This document shows, piece after piece, positions 50,536-63,862 of a DNA stretch of 64,000 bases. The stretch is from Amphiscolops sp. MND2022 (lineage: Eukaryota), in contig OZ076411.1 of NCBI GenBank assembly GCA_964187785.1, positions 73,098,001 to 73,162,000 of the forward strand, written 5' to 3'. Every line of letters starts with the position of its first letter. The first letter of the stretch is position 1. Below the pieces are notes generated by a model that worked only from the letters and a program-made list of their open reading frames with translations, did no database searches and had not been told where the DNA came from. The position numbers and the translations under genes were made by a program.

Positions 50536-50660
50536 CCGGTGTTTTCTTCAGAGATTTTAGATCTTATTCCAGCGCTTTTTACCGGTGATTTTATATCATT
50601 CCAGTGGTTTTTCGGTAATTTTAGATCATATTCTAGTGGTTCTTCGGTAATTTTAGATGT
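50536..50660. repeat. 32-bp minisatellite, right portion
   Basis: Same ttttagatc...ttc...gtggttcttcggtaa units resume in register after the TSD. Confidence 0.85.
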
Positions 50661-50714
50661 AAATGTATGATCAATTCGGCGACTGCTATTCGTCATCAAG
50701 AAGGTGGTTTCCCA

Positions 50715-50792
50715 AATGCAGGAGCGAAGCGAAGCGGAGCGACGTGCCATATGGCCATGCCTCAATGTTGCTACTTGGCGAAGGGAGCGAAG
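50715..50792. repeat. Partial copy of the GCGAAGC mini-hairpin repeat
   Basis: Near-identical to 12341-12414, with a duplicated gcgaagcgaagc. Confidence 0.75.
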
Positions 50793-52164
50793 ATGCGATT
50801 TGGCTCGAATTTGAACGATGATAAAAGAGAAAAATGCAAACTGTCCCTGGGAAAATCGGTAGTTGTGGAGAGAATGAAAGATCATTGGCATTTTGTCCCA
50901 GACTTTTGCAGTGATTTTCAGTTTAGAGTTACATTTTAGATATGTTTTAGATTTTTGTGTTTATGAATTCAAATTGAGATTTCGAGTTTTCGACACGTTT
51001 TTGACAAGCAATTTTTATGTTTAAAACGTTGAAAACATAATTTTTACAGAATCGTTTTTTTCCGAACCCTGAGGGTAACCAACCTTTGGGAACCTTTCAT
51101 CGACGGCCGTCCGATGGCCCACCGTAGCCCACCGATGGTCCATCGGTGGCCCACCGATCCCCACCTGTAGCCCATCGGTGGCCACCATTACCCACCGGTG
51201 GGACACCGGTGGCCACCTCAAAAACTATTACGGCCACCGAAGTGGCCATCGATGGAACTGCGGTGGAAGATCGGTGGCCACCGATGGATTTCCCTGGGTT
51301 GTCAACTCGGGCAGACCAAGCAATGGTTGTTAAAATGTTTTTGCGCGAAATAAATTTTATAGAAGTCAGAAACGATTGAAATGTTAACATTGTGTCAAGC
51401 TTTCATTTCCAGAGACTGCTGTGAACAGGGCTGTGACATCGCTAATATTTTCGCTAATCGCTGAACCGTTTTTTTTAAATCGCTAATTTGCTGAAAAACT
51501 TTTTCTCCAAACTATTAAATATTTTATGTATGTTTTTGAAATAAATGATAATGCAGTTTGTCCAAAAAGACAAGAATTTTTCATACTGTGTGGGTTGAAA
51601 TTTTCGAAATTCAATTTTCAAGCTCCGTGTATACTTCGGGGAAAGTTTAAATTTGGACAGTATATTAGTTGCTGCTAATTTGAATCGCAAATGAAATTGC
51701 TGAAAAAAAAATTGCGAGGCCGCTAGTTTGCTAAATCGCTGATTACCGGACACGTGTCAAAACTCTGGTTGTGAGTAACTACTGTTCTGTCGATTGGCCA
51801 TGCCCATTGTTGACGATTTCGCTATCTCCTCATAAAAGTTTCTCAGGTTGCGTCGGTGGTGTTTTTGAACGATGATAATTATCAAAATAATTTTTCAAAA
51901 CCGATCGTATAACGAAAATGTTACAGAAGTCGGATTACTTGGATGAAAAATTGTACTTTGTACGCCAATTTAATATTGTTTTCATTAACTTGGTTGGTGT
52001 CTCATACTGACATGTTTAGGACAAAACAACATCATAAGTCGGCCCAGTGTCACAGTAATTAGATACCCTCAGTCCTGGTGTTACTGAGGAAAATGAAACA
52101 ACAAGACGCCCTCTATGCACCGGGATATTTTCCGCCTTCAATTGGCTAACAATAGACGCTTAAT

Positions 52165-52440
52165 CGAAAATTCACCTCCTTGGCAAAACGCAATTTACTT
52201 CGGATATAACGTCAAAATTCGGATATAGCGCAATATTTTGGAACCTACGCTTCCTCTTTAGTGAAACACAATTAACTTCGGATATAACGTCAAAAGTTCG
52301 GTTATAGCGTGCTGGTACAAATGGGAGCGCGTTTTTTCGAACCTCCGCCACCTCCTCGGTAAAATGCAATATTGTTCGGAAAGAACGTCATAAATTCGGA
52401 AATAGCGCAATATTTTCGAATTTTTGCTTCCTCCTTAGTA
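52165..52440. repeat. Degenerate tandem repeat
   Basis: acttcggatataacgtcaaaa..ttcgg.tatagcg motif recurs about three times. Confidence 0.5.
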
Positions 52441-53469
52441 AAACGCATACAGTAGAAGTAACTAAAATAGAGAAACTATCATCCGGACCATATTAATTAC
52501 AATATAAGAAAAAAATAGTCAAACAACTAAAATAGTCAAGTAGCTATAAAATAGTCAACTTAGTGAAGTGGATGGAGAAACTGGCAGTTCAAACTGATAG
52601 AAATTTGACAAATATTGGAGAAAAAAACGCAACCCAGATTATGATTTTCATCCGCCAGTTTATGTGGGCGGAAAGTATTTGCAAATTTAATACACTACTG
52701 TAAATAATGAATCGGGCCAGTGACTTCAGAAAAAAAATTGGTAAGAAATTACCTCGAAACTTGAGTTATTTTAGAGGTAACCAGATATTGATCGAATAAA
52801 CAATATTCAATTCTTAAATGCACTTCGGAATCAGTTTTGCACCAAAATATTTAGCTTGCTAATAAACCTTTGACATCCTATAACTCCTGATCTAGGGCAA
52901 TGTTTTTCCAAAGTCAGATGTCCTACATCATGTCACACGCTTGGGACGATAATTTCTACCCGAAAACCCCTGATGGCTATAACGCGGCTCCTCCCACAAA
53001 ACAGTTACCTATTTGAAAAGAAGTGGAACAAGCGTCCATTCGACTACAACAAAAACTCAACGTCGAATTTGAAGTTGATTGCCATGTACAATTTGTAATT
53101 ACTTTGTTATATGAATTGCATATTGTCAGTTACTGTTAAGTTCCTAGGTAGGCGGACCTGTACACCTCGCACTATTTATTGCAGCTCAGAAATCAATGTA
53201 ATGCAGTTTATTAATTTGCAATACTAGTAAAGATAAAGGAAGCGCGATCAACTAATGCTTTGCTGCAGTTCAGTTGACGAGCTGTCCGCATAAGGCATTG
53301 GCCAATCATAGTGCTCCGAAAAGTAGTGCCTACGACTTTACGTCCATTTACTAAATGTTACGATGAGTATAGCAGTTACTAGTTTAGAACATGTAACGTT
53401 TCGGTCATGCATTTACTTAAAATGGTGAAAGTCGAAAAATTCGTCTTCTTCGGCGTCAATCCAAGACAT

Positions 53470-54120
53470 TTTTCATTAAAAAACAGCATTTATCCTTCAC
53501 TAAGCCTATTGGACAACAACCTTTTTTTTGTTGACCCTTTTCAACATTCCAATCCACAATTTTTGTCGAAAAATGGACAAAAATTGCATGAAAACTTTGA
53601 AAGTTAAGAATTTTGGGTTTTTTGTCATTTTCGTTGTCAATTTGAGAAATTTTTCAAGCAGAAAACCGAAATTGTCTCTTCGTAGAAGCCTACTGGACGA
53701 GTTTTTGCCTTGTTGAACGTTTTCAACATCCCAGTGCTCGACCTCTATCGAAAATTTGACAGAAATTGCATTAAAGTGTTAAAAATCAAGAAATTTCGGA
53801 CTTTTTGTGATTTTTGGGGTAATTTTGTTCATTTTCTTTTCAAAAACCCGCATTTATCTCTTTATTAAACACTACTGCACAGCGCAACTTTGCCGCTGGG
53901 TGATTTTGGGGTGATTTTTCGGTATTTTCCTTTGCAAAAAACCGCATTGATCTCTTCAAAATAGACTATTGGACAACGGTTTTTGCCTTGTTGAACGTTT
54001 TCAACATTCTAAATTCTAATCCACGATGTCTATCGAAAAATTGACAAAATTTCATAAAAAAACGTTAAAAATCGGAAATTTGTTGAATTTTTGTTATTTT
54101 CGGGGTCATTTTCGTCATTC
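53470..54120. repeat. Degenerate satellite-like tandem block
   Basis: gtttttgccttgttgaacgttttcaacat and aaaa.ccgcatt.atctct motifs recur at irregular 140-280 bp spacing. Confidence 0.45.
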
Positions 54121-54658
54121 CCAAAAAAGTCCAAAAATCTCTACAAATACATATCGCACGAAGCTAATTTTATGTGAGTTGAATTCATAATTTTATGTGA
54201 GTTGAATTCTGTGGGTGAGACCCTTCAATTTGAATACAAGTTCGGATGCAGCCAAATGGTAGCTTTTATAAGCATCAGTTTATAAAAAGTTGGCATAATT
54301 TGGAAAAAAACACAGATCATGATTTTCCTCCTCCATTTATATGGGCGGAATTTTTTGAAAAAAAAACAAGAGGAAACCGTTTTCTCTGATCTCAATTTTT
54401 GAGACATCTAGACACGCATGCAGTTTTGGACTTGTTAGATTTATTCTATAATGACTTAGAAATAACTCTTGAGAGTGTGTATTGCCTCCTGCTGAAGTGA
54501 AGCCCAGGCACTGGATTGGTTTCGATTTCTGTTTCTCATAAAATCAATTTCGAACCTTTTCTTAATCCATTTCTTCCAACTAGTGAAAACAATTTTGTAC
54601 ACGTGTGAGTGCCCGAGCGAATGGAATTCATTGATACAAACCCCTCACATTAAAAACA

Positions 54659-55152
54659 AGACGAGAACGTCTAAAGTCGGCGCTATATCTAAGGCTCAAA
54701 AAGCGCAAAACATTTTTTTCGAAAAAAACTTGAAATTTTCGAAAAAAAACTTGAAATTTTCGAAAAAAAATTTTAAGGAAAATGTCGCACAGTGCAGAAA
54801 AAAATCAAAAGGGGGGACCCTTTAGCCTCGGACGGTTTTGTAGATTACGTTAAAAAGTACAAAATGAAAGGGGGGACCCTTTGGAGACAAAAAAAATTTC
54901 GAAAAAAAGTCGAACAGTGCCGAAAAAAAATCGAAAAAATTCGAAAGGGGGGACTCTGTAGTCCCGTCCGGTTTTGTAGGTTACCTTGAAAAAGGTTTGC
55001 ACTAAATTTGCCTTGGCCTCTTTGCCAGACTGGGCGCCTTGGGTGGTTTCAGGATTGTTTCTAAAAAGTGGACCGATCAGTGTGAGGCTGAAGAAAAAAA
55101 AAGGTCACTGCTATAGTCGGGCATTTTTCCTTAAAAGGAAAACGCGCCGACT
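54659..55152 (-). mobile_element. Family 2 Helentron-like element
   Basis: Hairpin agacg-agaa-cgtct, subTIR agtcggcgc (54675), inner IR tagtcggg, subTIR gcgccgact (55144-55152) then aaaa. Confidence 0.65.
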
Positions 55153-55894
55153 AAAAACAGGATGATGATCGAAAACTATAATTTGATTGCAAGTCTCAGT
55201 AAATTGAACCTGTGCTTTGAACGTCCACGTAATATAAAATAGCACGAAACTCTTGAAGCGAAGGTCAGTAAAAAACAACATGACGGAAAACAGTTACAAC
55301 AGGACAACTCTTGATACATCTAAAAAGTTATGGTCCTCTTGACAATGGGGACGAAGTTTTAACTCCCGTGTAGGATTTTTATAAAACTTTCCATAGAATA
55401 AATTTCTCTCTTCCAATTACGAAACGTCGCACTTTTCGTATCGGGGGTACTCTTCTAAGATTACTAACGAGATTCCTTCTTAACGAGACGACAACTAAGA
55501 ATTCAAATGAATAGATCCCTCTCGTCAAATCAACTGATAGAAAATGGAGCAATTTTGAAGAAGAGTCACTGTTGTTTTTCGCGGAGTCACTACTCTTTAG
55601 ATATCAAGCTGTTGCTGATCTGAGTGTAACGTTCTGTTACAGCTTTTCATGGAGAGCTCATTCTGCTGAGAGAAAATCCATGAGTTACAAAAAATTCATC
55701 AAGACTAAAAAGTTTTGCTGTGAGGTTATCCAACAAAAGGCGAGAATATAAATTTCTACATACAACCAATTCTTACTTTTGGGTTGACGAGTTTCTCTCC
55801 AAACAAACAAGATATCCAAAAGCTCCCGAAATTACGAAAGTTTCGAACTGGATTTGATTCGAATACAAATGAGAGACGGTAGAGACTACAACAA

Positions 55895-56339
55895 GCCGGG
55901 AACGGCCCAAGTCGGCGCCATATCTAAGGCTCAAAAATAGCAAAAGGACTTCAAAATGTCAAAGTATTGGTTAATTGGTGTCCCTTTTATGAAATGAAAA
56001 AAATTGAAAAAAATCTCACAATGCCGAAAAAACTGAAAGCGGGGACCTTTTGGGATTTTCCAACATCCATTCTGTCGGAAAATATCAAAAAATTGTAGGG
56101 GGCCCTTCGAAAAAAAGTCTCACAGAACCGAAAATACTCTAAGGTAGTACCCTTTGGCCACGTTGAGTTTCTTAGATGACGTAAAAATACTACTTCGTAA
56201 AGTAAGTAAGAATTGTAAAAAAATTTAACATTGTAAGAATTGTAAGAAAAGTGGACCATTCAGAGTGAGATTGTAAGCTGAAAAAAAACTACCCACTGTA
56301 ATAGTCGGGCTTTTTTCCTCACGGGAAAAGGCGCCGACT
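55895..56339 (-). mobile_element. Family 2 Helentron-like element
   Basis: Hairpin gccg-ggaa-cggc, subTIR agtcggcgc (55910), inner IR tagtcggg, subTIR gcgccgact then aaaa. Confidence 0.65.
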
Positions 56340-56619
56340 AAAAACAGATCTCAATCTGCGGCCTCCTACTAATTTCTCTCTTGTTCAGCCCTTCGACTTC
56401 GGCTGTTTGAAAAAGTATTCAATTGTGAACTGTGCTTGGAGCTGCAAGTTGAAATCATAGTCAACAAACAAGGTCTTCTGTATGATTATCAAGTCTCAAT
56501 TGTGCTGATATTTGTTGAAACGAGTACCCGAAAAAACTCAACAAACACGCTTTCTTCGCAGATTCTCTGGTAGAAACTGATCTGCAGGCCAGAACATCTT
56601 CTGTTGTGACCCTTTCCCT

Positions 56620-57700
56620 ACAAAGAATCAACGTCATACTTGAAGTCTTCCCAAGACTTGTCCAGTCTGGACCTGAATACATTGCTGCTTTCACTGGTGA
56701 CAAAATCTTTGGCTTCCAATTTTGGACTGCAGCTATCGTTAAAAAAATTTTTGAAGTGCACTTCTGGGATCTATACTTTTCAATTCACAGAGATGTCCCA
56801 CAATATAAATTTTCACGCGCTTTAAAATTTTTTAAAAACTTCGATCATTTTCCCACGTCGTCTCCTACTTTCCAGAGTTATTAGACTCAGTATCTCGAGT
56901 TTTTCCCAGTAATTCATGCCACTCAGATGTGAGACAAGACTGGTTGATCGATGTTGTTTATTTTCGATTGACATTTGATGTTTCTTCAGGTGCGGATACC
57001 AAATTTGGTTAGCGAACTTTAGGTGCAGTCTCGATAAGGTTTTGTGAAGAGCTCTCAGAGTCACTTCAGTGCAAGTTTTCAAAACTCTTGTTTCCATTAT
57101 TGCCGCTAAGCTGTTTGCTATCTTGATTAACTTTGCAATAAGCTCGTTGAAGGATAGTTGTGAGTCAGTGCTTTTTTCACGGTTTTCGCTCTTTCAACGG
57201 ATGTCAGGGATTTATCAGCGTCTATTGGTTAACTCTCGCTGGTCGACAAGATCTTCCTGTTAGCGTTAATCAACGACACTTTGACAAGCACACTACCTTG
57301 GGTCCCGTTCCAAAGCGCAGGTTGTTCTGAACTTGTGCTGCATCGTCATCATTCATTGCGGCTCCGATATAGTTCAGCATCATTGGTAAAGAGGTAAACT
57401 TTCGATTAGACGCAGTCAAACATTGAATTTATGAAACTAATGGAGAACACAGGTCCTATAAGTGAACCCCGAGGACCTCCGCTTGTAGGTAGACCAGACT
57501 GAAAACGTGTTAATTTTGATTTCGATATTCATCACTGGTACGTACATGTTTCAACGTTAGGTTTTCTCACGAGAGTTTGAAGTATTTCCAACTTCGTCGT
57601 AGACTCGTAGATGGATTATATTGCAATCCGTTCCATTCCAGTCGCATTCCAGGCGGTGAACGGTTACTTGGCTCAAAGTGATTTGGCTAAAAACATTTGG
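56620..57700 (-). mobile_element. Decayed CR1/L2-group LINE, RT core to 3' end
   Basis: SGGPRGSLIGPVF (cf. SGVPQGSVLGP), IWYPHLKK...YWEKLEILSLITLESRRRRG and terminal DFVTSESSNVFRSRLDKSW, typical of CR1-type ORF2 C-termini. Confidence 0.8.
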
Positions 57701-57822
57701 TCACTTGGCTCACTTTTTAAAGCCAAATGTCTCGGGTAAATGGTCTCTTGGCTTAATACCAATTGGCTGAATATCACTGAGTTGAAAACACGTGGCCCAT
57801 TTTGTCGAAATTGTTATAACGC

Positions 57823-57945
57823 AGTCAGCTATGTTCACATACGCCCTAAATGCAGAAGCAAAGCAGAACAACGTGCCATATTGCCCTGCCTGAGTGTTGC
57901 TACTTGGCGAAGGAAGCAGAGCGACCGAGCCATACAACAAATATG
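57823..57945. repeat. Diverged copy of the GCGAAGC mini-hairpin repeat
   Basis: Alignable to 12308-12436; both GCGAAGC motifs mutated. Confidence 0.65.
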
Positions 57946-58549
57946 CTAAACATTTTGTAACATTTTTTGTTTCTTGAACATTTCGATTGAAATTCAATTG
58001 AGTTTTTGTGTTTAATGAAGTGTTTTCAGTAATTGTTTGAGTTAGAATGGACTTGGCTGATTTTTGTGGTCATTTGACTAAAAAATTAAACTGAATGATT
58101 TGAGGAAAAAATTAGATCAAATGACTTTCAACCAAGTACTCGTAACTTCCAGAGGACTTTTCTCTCTTGAAGGGAAATTGTTGTGATTGAGCCTAATTAT
58201 AGTGATGCATTTACTGAGTAGTTTCAGAGCAATGCCTAAGAGCCTGAGATCGGTGAAAAGTTTGTTTATTGCAGACTCAAAAAAACAGTATGGAAAAGGG
58301 AAAATGTACGAATATTTGTGGTACATCAGAAAAAACATGAGGATGTCTATCGAACGGTGATCAATGTGGCGAAAAACTAGCAACTCAAATATCCAGAGCG
58401 GACATCAGCATCTGTCACAGAGTGTCCAGCAGAAGTGTGAAGCCTGGCCAATGGCGTCCAATATCTGCAATGTTTGAGCAGAGGCAAATGAAAGTGGGTG
58501 GCTAACACGTCAAAACTCAAAGAGTGTGAAAGTCGAATCTACGTTAAAT

Positions 58550-60128
58550 ACGACCTTATTGCCTGTTATAAAATCATGAACCATTGCCTGAAACTTGTGG
58601 ATTAAGGAGAGAACATCTACATACTATTTTGCCAATGCAATATCGGAAGCAGTAATTGCTTCCACTGTAGAAAACCAATCGAAACCCCTAGATGCCGTTA
58701 GACCTTGCTTCACAAAGGAAAGTAAACAGATCTTAATTTGCAGGAATTGTACATTCCACAGATACAAGCGCTGTAAAACAAACCAGAACAAACTACGATA
58801 TACAAGAGCCAAAAAATGTGCACCAACAGCGTCGAAACTGCAAACGCCAAAACTATGATTCACGTCTGAGTAAACTTAACAAAAATCCAAAATGTTTCTA
58901 CAAAGAACTCGACAAAATCACTGGTAATGCAAACATAATTCCAGTGTTGTTATCAAGAATGATAATGAAATGATTAGGGGTGTCATTGATGTGGCCGAAT
59001 CGTTTAATGAAAAGCTCGTTTCCATCAGTAGGACCTCAGCTGCTTTAATCAAAACTGTTGCGTTCACGACTGATGACATTGGAGTTACTGAAATCACTAT
59101 TTTTGTCAGCCGATTGAACAAACATTCCGCGAAACAATCAAAATCTCAAGAACCATAAATCACCTGGACCAGATGGGTTGATTGCAGAAATACTAAAAAT
59201 GAATTCAAATAAAAAGGTTCAAAAATTAAAATATCTTGTTAATGAACTGGTGTACAAATCCGGCAAGAAGTAATGACGTGAAAATTACAGACCCATATGT
59301 GATCTGTTTTGTCAGTATTAAGCAAAAAACTTGAAAGTGTTGTACAGAAGCACTTCTTTAATTTCATGGATAAAAAACTATTCTACCTAAAACAGTTTGG
59401 AGTCAGATCAAAACTCAGCTCCATCCATGCTCTCCCAGAAATGATCAGTGATAATTCAAACCTGAATGTTCCTTGTATTTTGCTTGATCTACAAAAAGCC
59501 TTTGATACAATAAAACACAAGTATCTAGAGTACAAACTTGAAGCATATGTTGTCACACGGGTTTGCTTGGATTAGTTCACATCATATCTAAGTGAACGTA
59601 CTCAAGGTGTTTCAATTAAAGGTAGAGTCTCGAAGCCATTACCTATTGCTTTGGTGTTCCACTAGGATCTATTCCTGGACAACTATTTTTCTTTTTTTAT
59701 GGTAATGATTTTTAACTCGTGTTACAACATTTTTCCGTTTCTCTTCGCTATTATGCTGATTGTCTTTACGTGAGAAATAGAATTTAAAATTCTTCATTGC
59801 AAGATGAAGATGAACACATTCCCGAATGGATGGCCATGTTTAAACTCAGTTAAAAACATTCCTAAAACTGAATTGTTCCATTTTCTAAACTTGAAAGATG
59901 ACAACATGGTAATTAAAATTACTGGAATAGCTTGCACAGAAAACGTCAAACATCTGGGTCATTCGCTGCATGAAAACTCACTTCACGTGTTCCACCTCCA
60001 ACGAGTTTTGAGTAAATTAGCCAAACATAGATCTGTTATTAATCGTCTAAGGTTTTTCACCAGCAGTGTTTTAATGATATTATGATATTACAACCCGTAC
60101 ACGAAACCCATTATACAATACGAGCTCT
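58550..60128 (+). mobile_element. Decayed LINE RT fragment, cut off at the Gypsy LTR
   Basis: GPDGL, LSKKLE, LKQFG.R, LLDLQKAFDTI.H, YLSERTQ.V and GVP.GSI.G motifs with many stops. Boundaries approximate. Confidence 0.75.
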
Positions 60129-60286
60129 TGATGAAGGGGTTGTCGTGGGGGAAAACACTACTTGCAGGAAGTTTCGTTTCGATAAGCATTCATCTGAAGT
60201 ATACATAAAACAGTTAGGTTAACATAAATAACACAACGACATTATACAACAGTATTAATAACTACATATATATTACATTCATAACA
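60129..60286 (-). repeat. Candidate 3' LTR of the second Gypsy element
   Basis: Minus strand TGTTATGA...CATCA directly after the PPT; no partner LTR in the window to confirm the outer boundary. Confidence 0.55.
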
Positions 60287-60308
60287 CTCCTTCCCGCTTC
60301 GAACGTTT

Positions 60309-63300
60309 CTAGTTCATAGCCGACACAAAATCGCCCAGGTATGTAGGTGGTTTCCTGTTCCTAGCCGAGCGTCGCAAGGTGAGAGCGGGAGAGTCCGGGC
60401 TGAATTGAGATTCCTTTACTAGTTCCACAGATTTAGGTGGTTCACCTTCGGTTCTGATGTCAGGACCCGATGTTCTGATGTCTACATCGGTCTCCTTGTC
60501 TTTGTATTGACCTCCAGGTTGTGAGGTCGTTCCTTCATTGTCAATATCCGACGGTCGTCGAGAGAGGTCACTTGTAGAAACAGTGTCAGCTCGCCCATCG
60601 CCAAAGGAGACTCGTGCAAGGTGAGGGGAGATGACTTCGGATGTCTGTACAGGCACAACTGGAGCTTGGTCTTTCGCCCTTACAAATTTCCGGAGGTACG
60701 CGGGAGCGTCTGCTCTGAGCCAAGGTGCGCTACTGGAGGGACGGATCAGCGGCTCGCCGCGTTTGAAACGGAAGAAGCGATCATGGAGGCTCTCCTTGGT
60801 GAAGGTATTGATAAGTGTCCGAATCGACGAGAGCGCTGATGGTAGAACACTTTCCCAGTCAGTTAGTGGGCGGTTTGTGGAGTGTAGCAGGCACTGAACA
60901 GCTTTCCACACAATTCCGTTGTAGCGCTCGTTTTGGCCATTGCCCTGAGGGTGGTAGGTCGTAGTTTTGGAGGTCGCAACTCCATTTTGGCGGTAGAAGT
61001 TTTGGAATTCCGATTAGACGAACTGTGTGCCCAGGTCAGAGTGAATAAACCCAGTTGTTCCGAAGATGGCGAAAAGTGATGAAAGACACTTGATGACGCT
61101 ACTAGACGTGATGTTCCGGAGAGGGAAGGCGAAGGGGAACCTACTAAACTCATCCACCACTGTGAGAAGGTATTGGTTTTTGTTTCTAGGCATTGGTTTG
61201 GGGCCAACAATGTCGATTGATAGTCGCTCCCAAGGTTTGGAGGATCGGATAAGATCGCTGCCGGGGGGTCGCAAAAAGCGCGGTTTCCATAGAGCGCACG
61301 TTTTGCAGTTCTCGGTAACCCTTTTCGCGTCATCTAAAGATATTGTGACTTTGTGTCTTTGAATGTATTCGTACAGTCAGGTCACTCCTGGATGCGGAAG
61401 TGTCTCGTGTAGGGTTTTACACCTGGGCTGTGGGGACGCTAATCGAGACAGGGCGTCGGCTGACACGTTCTGACAACCTCTCTGGTAGCTTATCTCGATG
61501 TTGTATTCCGAAAATTCCAGGCGCCAGCGAATCAGTTGGTCATTCTTTACTCTGGAATAGTTGGGTCCAAATATGAAAGAGAGGGCCTTTTGGTCGGTGC
61601 GAACTAGAACTCGTGACGTCCGTAACAGGTCTGAGAAACAGCGGAAGCCTTCCAAGATAGCCATAGCTTCCCGTTCAACCACCGAGTACGCCATTTTGCT
61701 ATGTTTCAGAGTTCTCGAGAAGAAACCGACAGGTTTGTTGCTTTGAGTGTGTGTCGCTCCAATACCGGTTCCGGATGCATCGGTTTGGAGAACGAGAGGC
61801 TCGTTTGCCCGGGGCAGCCAGAGTACGGCAGAGGCAACTTCTTTCTTGAGAGTTGCTATAGCCAGCCGAGAAGCTTGATTGAGCGGAAAGGCCAGTTGTT
61901 TCTGTGCTGCGAGCAGAGGAGCAACCTTATTTGAGTAGTCTGCAATCCACTTTGCGTTGTACGCAAAGAACCCAAGAAGGCGTTTCAACTGTGACGAGTT
62001 TACGGGGATAAGAAAATCCATCAGTGTCTTGATTCGGCTCGCATCGGGGCGATTAGACCCAGCTCCCACGATGTGATCGAACATTGGTACTGTCTTACAG
62101 CCAAAAACGCACTTTGCTTTGTTCAGCGTCAGACCCTCAATCTCGGCCGCTTTCAGGAAGTTCTTCAGATTTTCTTGGTGTTCCTCCTCGAATCTGCCTC
62201 CGATGATCACATCGTCAAGATATGGGAGCGTTCGCTTCAGGTTGTGCCGTCGTACAAAGGCTGTCATTTCTCGTTGAAATGCGGCTACAGCTTTTGTGAC
62301 GCCAAAGGGAAGTCTCGTGAACTCAAAAAGTCGTCCGTTCACTTCTAACGCGGTGAATGACATGTCCTTGCGATGGAGTGGGATTTGATGATACGTAGAC
62401 TTCAAATCGACTCTCGAAAAAGTAGTGTTCTCGGCTGCTTGGTCAAGCAGGTCTTGCATATATGGAAAGGGGAAGGCGTCCTTGGACGTATGACGATTAA
62501 TTGTTTGAGTATAGTCGTTCACCATCCGTGGCTTGGGTCCGTCCCTAACAACAAAGGCTTGAGCCCGCCAGGGAGACGTGGAAACTTGAATTATGCCTTC
62601 AGCGAGCATTCGGTTAACCTCTGACTCCATGAAGGCGACGTCTTGCGGTTTGTGACGACGCGATTTTGTAGCAATCGGTTTGGCACTATAAACTGTTTTG
62701 GAAAGTATGGTTGGAGAACTCCAATTCCTTGAGCCCGGTAGATATAACCGTCTCTGGTCGATCACCGCCTAATTCCAGTCTCACATAGTGATGTTGTCGG
62801 AGAACGTCAAGCCCGAGAATAACATCCGCAACGAGGTGTTTTGCGACAGTGAAAAGAATTTGGTAGGTCTTTTGGTTTACCTCAATTTTAGCTTTAGCGG
62901 TGCCTGACGTAATCAGGGAGTCGCCATTTGCCAAGGCAGTGACCTTGCGCTTCGCGCGGACATTCAGACCACATTTGGCAGCTGTTGAGGCTCTGATAAA
63001 AGAGCCCGTGGACCCGGTATCAGTCATTGCTTGAACTTGGTTATTGCTTCCGGCAAATTTGAGGCTGACATTCAGGGTGGCAGGTGATATGCCAGTACTG
63101 CACAAAACGGCGGCAATCAGATGAATGTTGTAAGACAGCAGCGGTCGATCTACATACCGAAACCCAGTGTCCTGCTTTCGAGCATTTGTGACAAGTGTCC
63201 TTTTTGGCCGGGCACTTTGAGCGTGGGTGCTGTTTTAGACCGCAGAACTGACAGCGCGAACAAGGCTTGTTCGAAACCTGTTGGGCAGCGGAGTTGCTGG

Positions 63301-63862
63301 GTCGATCAGGTTGCCGTCGAGTTGTCTGGGAGAACGGCTTGGTTGCTGCTACAGTTGAAGATTCTTCTGAAAGACTTGGAAAAGTCACTGGATAGTTCGA
63401 TAGCACAAGCAAGCGATATGCAGCTATCAATGTCGGCCTTGGAGTCTTCCAGTTCTAATAGTCTTGCCCGAATATCGTCAGACCTGAGCCCCGATATTAA
63501 AGCGTCTCGTACTAGATAGTTTTTATGTGCTTGGACGGTCAAGCTGGTGCAGTCGCAATCTTCAACAAGACGTTTCAGCCTTCCTGAAAAATGTACGATG
63601 AAAATTGCATTTGATGACGGGCAAAGAGCACTCTCGTGGGCTTCAGAAATTGTCTGGCCATTGTTCTCAGGGCGTCTGCAAACGTTGCAGAGCTTTCGAG
63701 GAGAGTGAAATAGTCGGAGCCGACAAATGTACGAAGAAAAACTAATTTGTCAGCACCTTCGGTTGTGCCATTGATGCGTTAGCCGTCCTCGAAACATTTC
63801 TTCCACCATTTCCATTTCTCGGGAGAAGGATTTGATGGCAAGTCGGGTGGTTTGAACTTCAT
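60309..63862 (-). pseudogene. Gypsy gag-pol with frameshifts and stops
   Basis: ORF pieces 63306-63542, 63041-63430, 62686-63105, 61377-62765, 61014-61274, 60309-60911. Confidence 0.85.

Larger units (their letters stand above)
25923..51304. mobile_element. Candidate non-autonomous TIR element (~1.3 kb empty size) enclosing the minisatellite and the BEL/Pao array
   Basis: tgacaacccagggaaatccatcggtggcca at 25923 and its near-exact reverse complement at 51275-51304 (one mismatch); both ends rich in ccaccg(a/g)tgg subterminal palindromes. No TSD recognised. Confidence 0.5.

Noticed and set aside
55200-55890. Possible decayed DNA-transposon or Maverick coding remnant
   Set aside because: No ORF of useful length and no identifiable motif.
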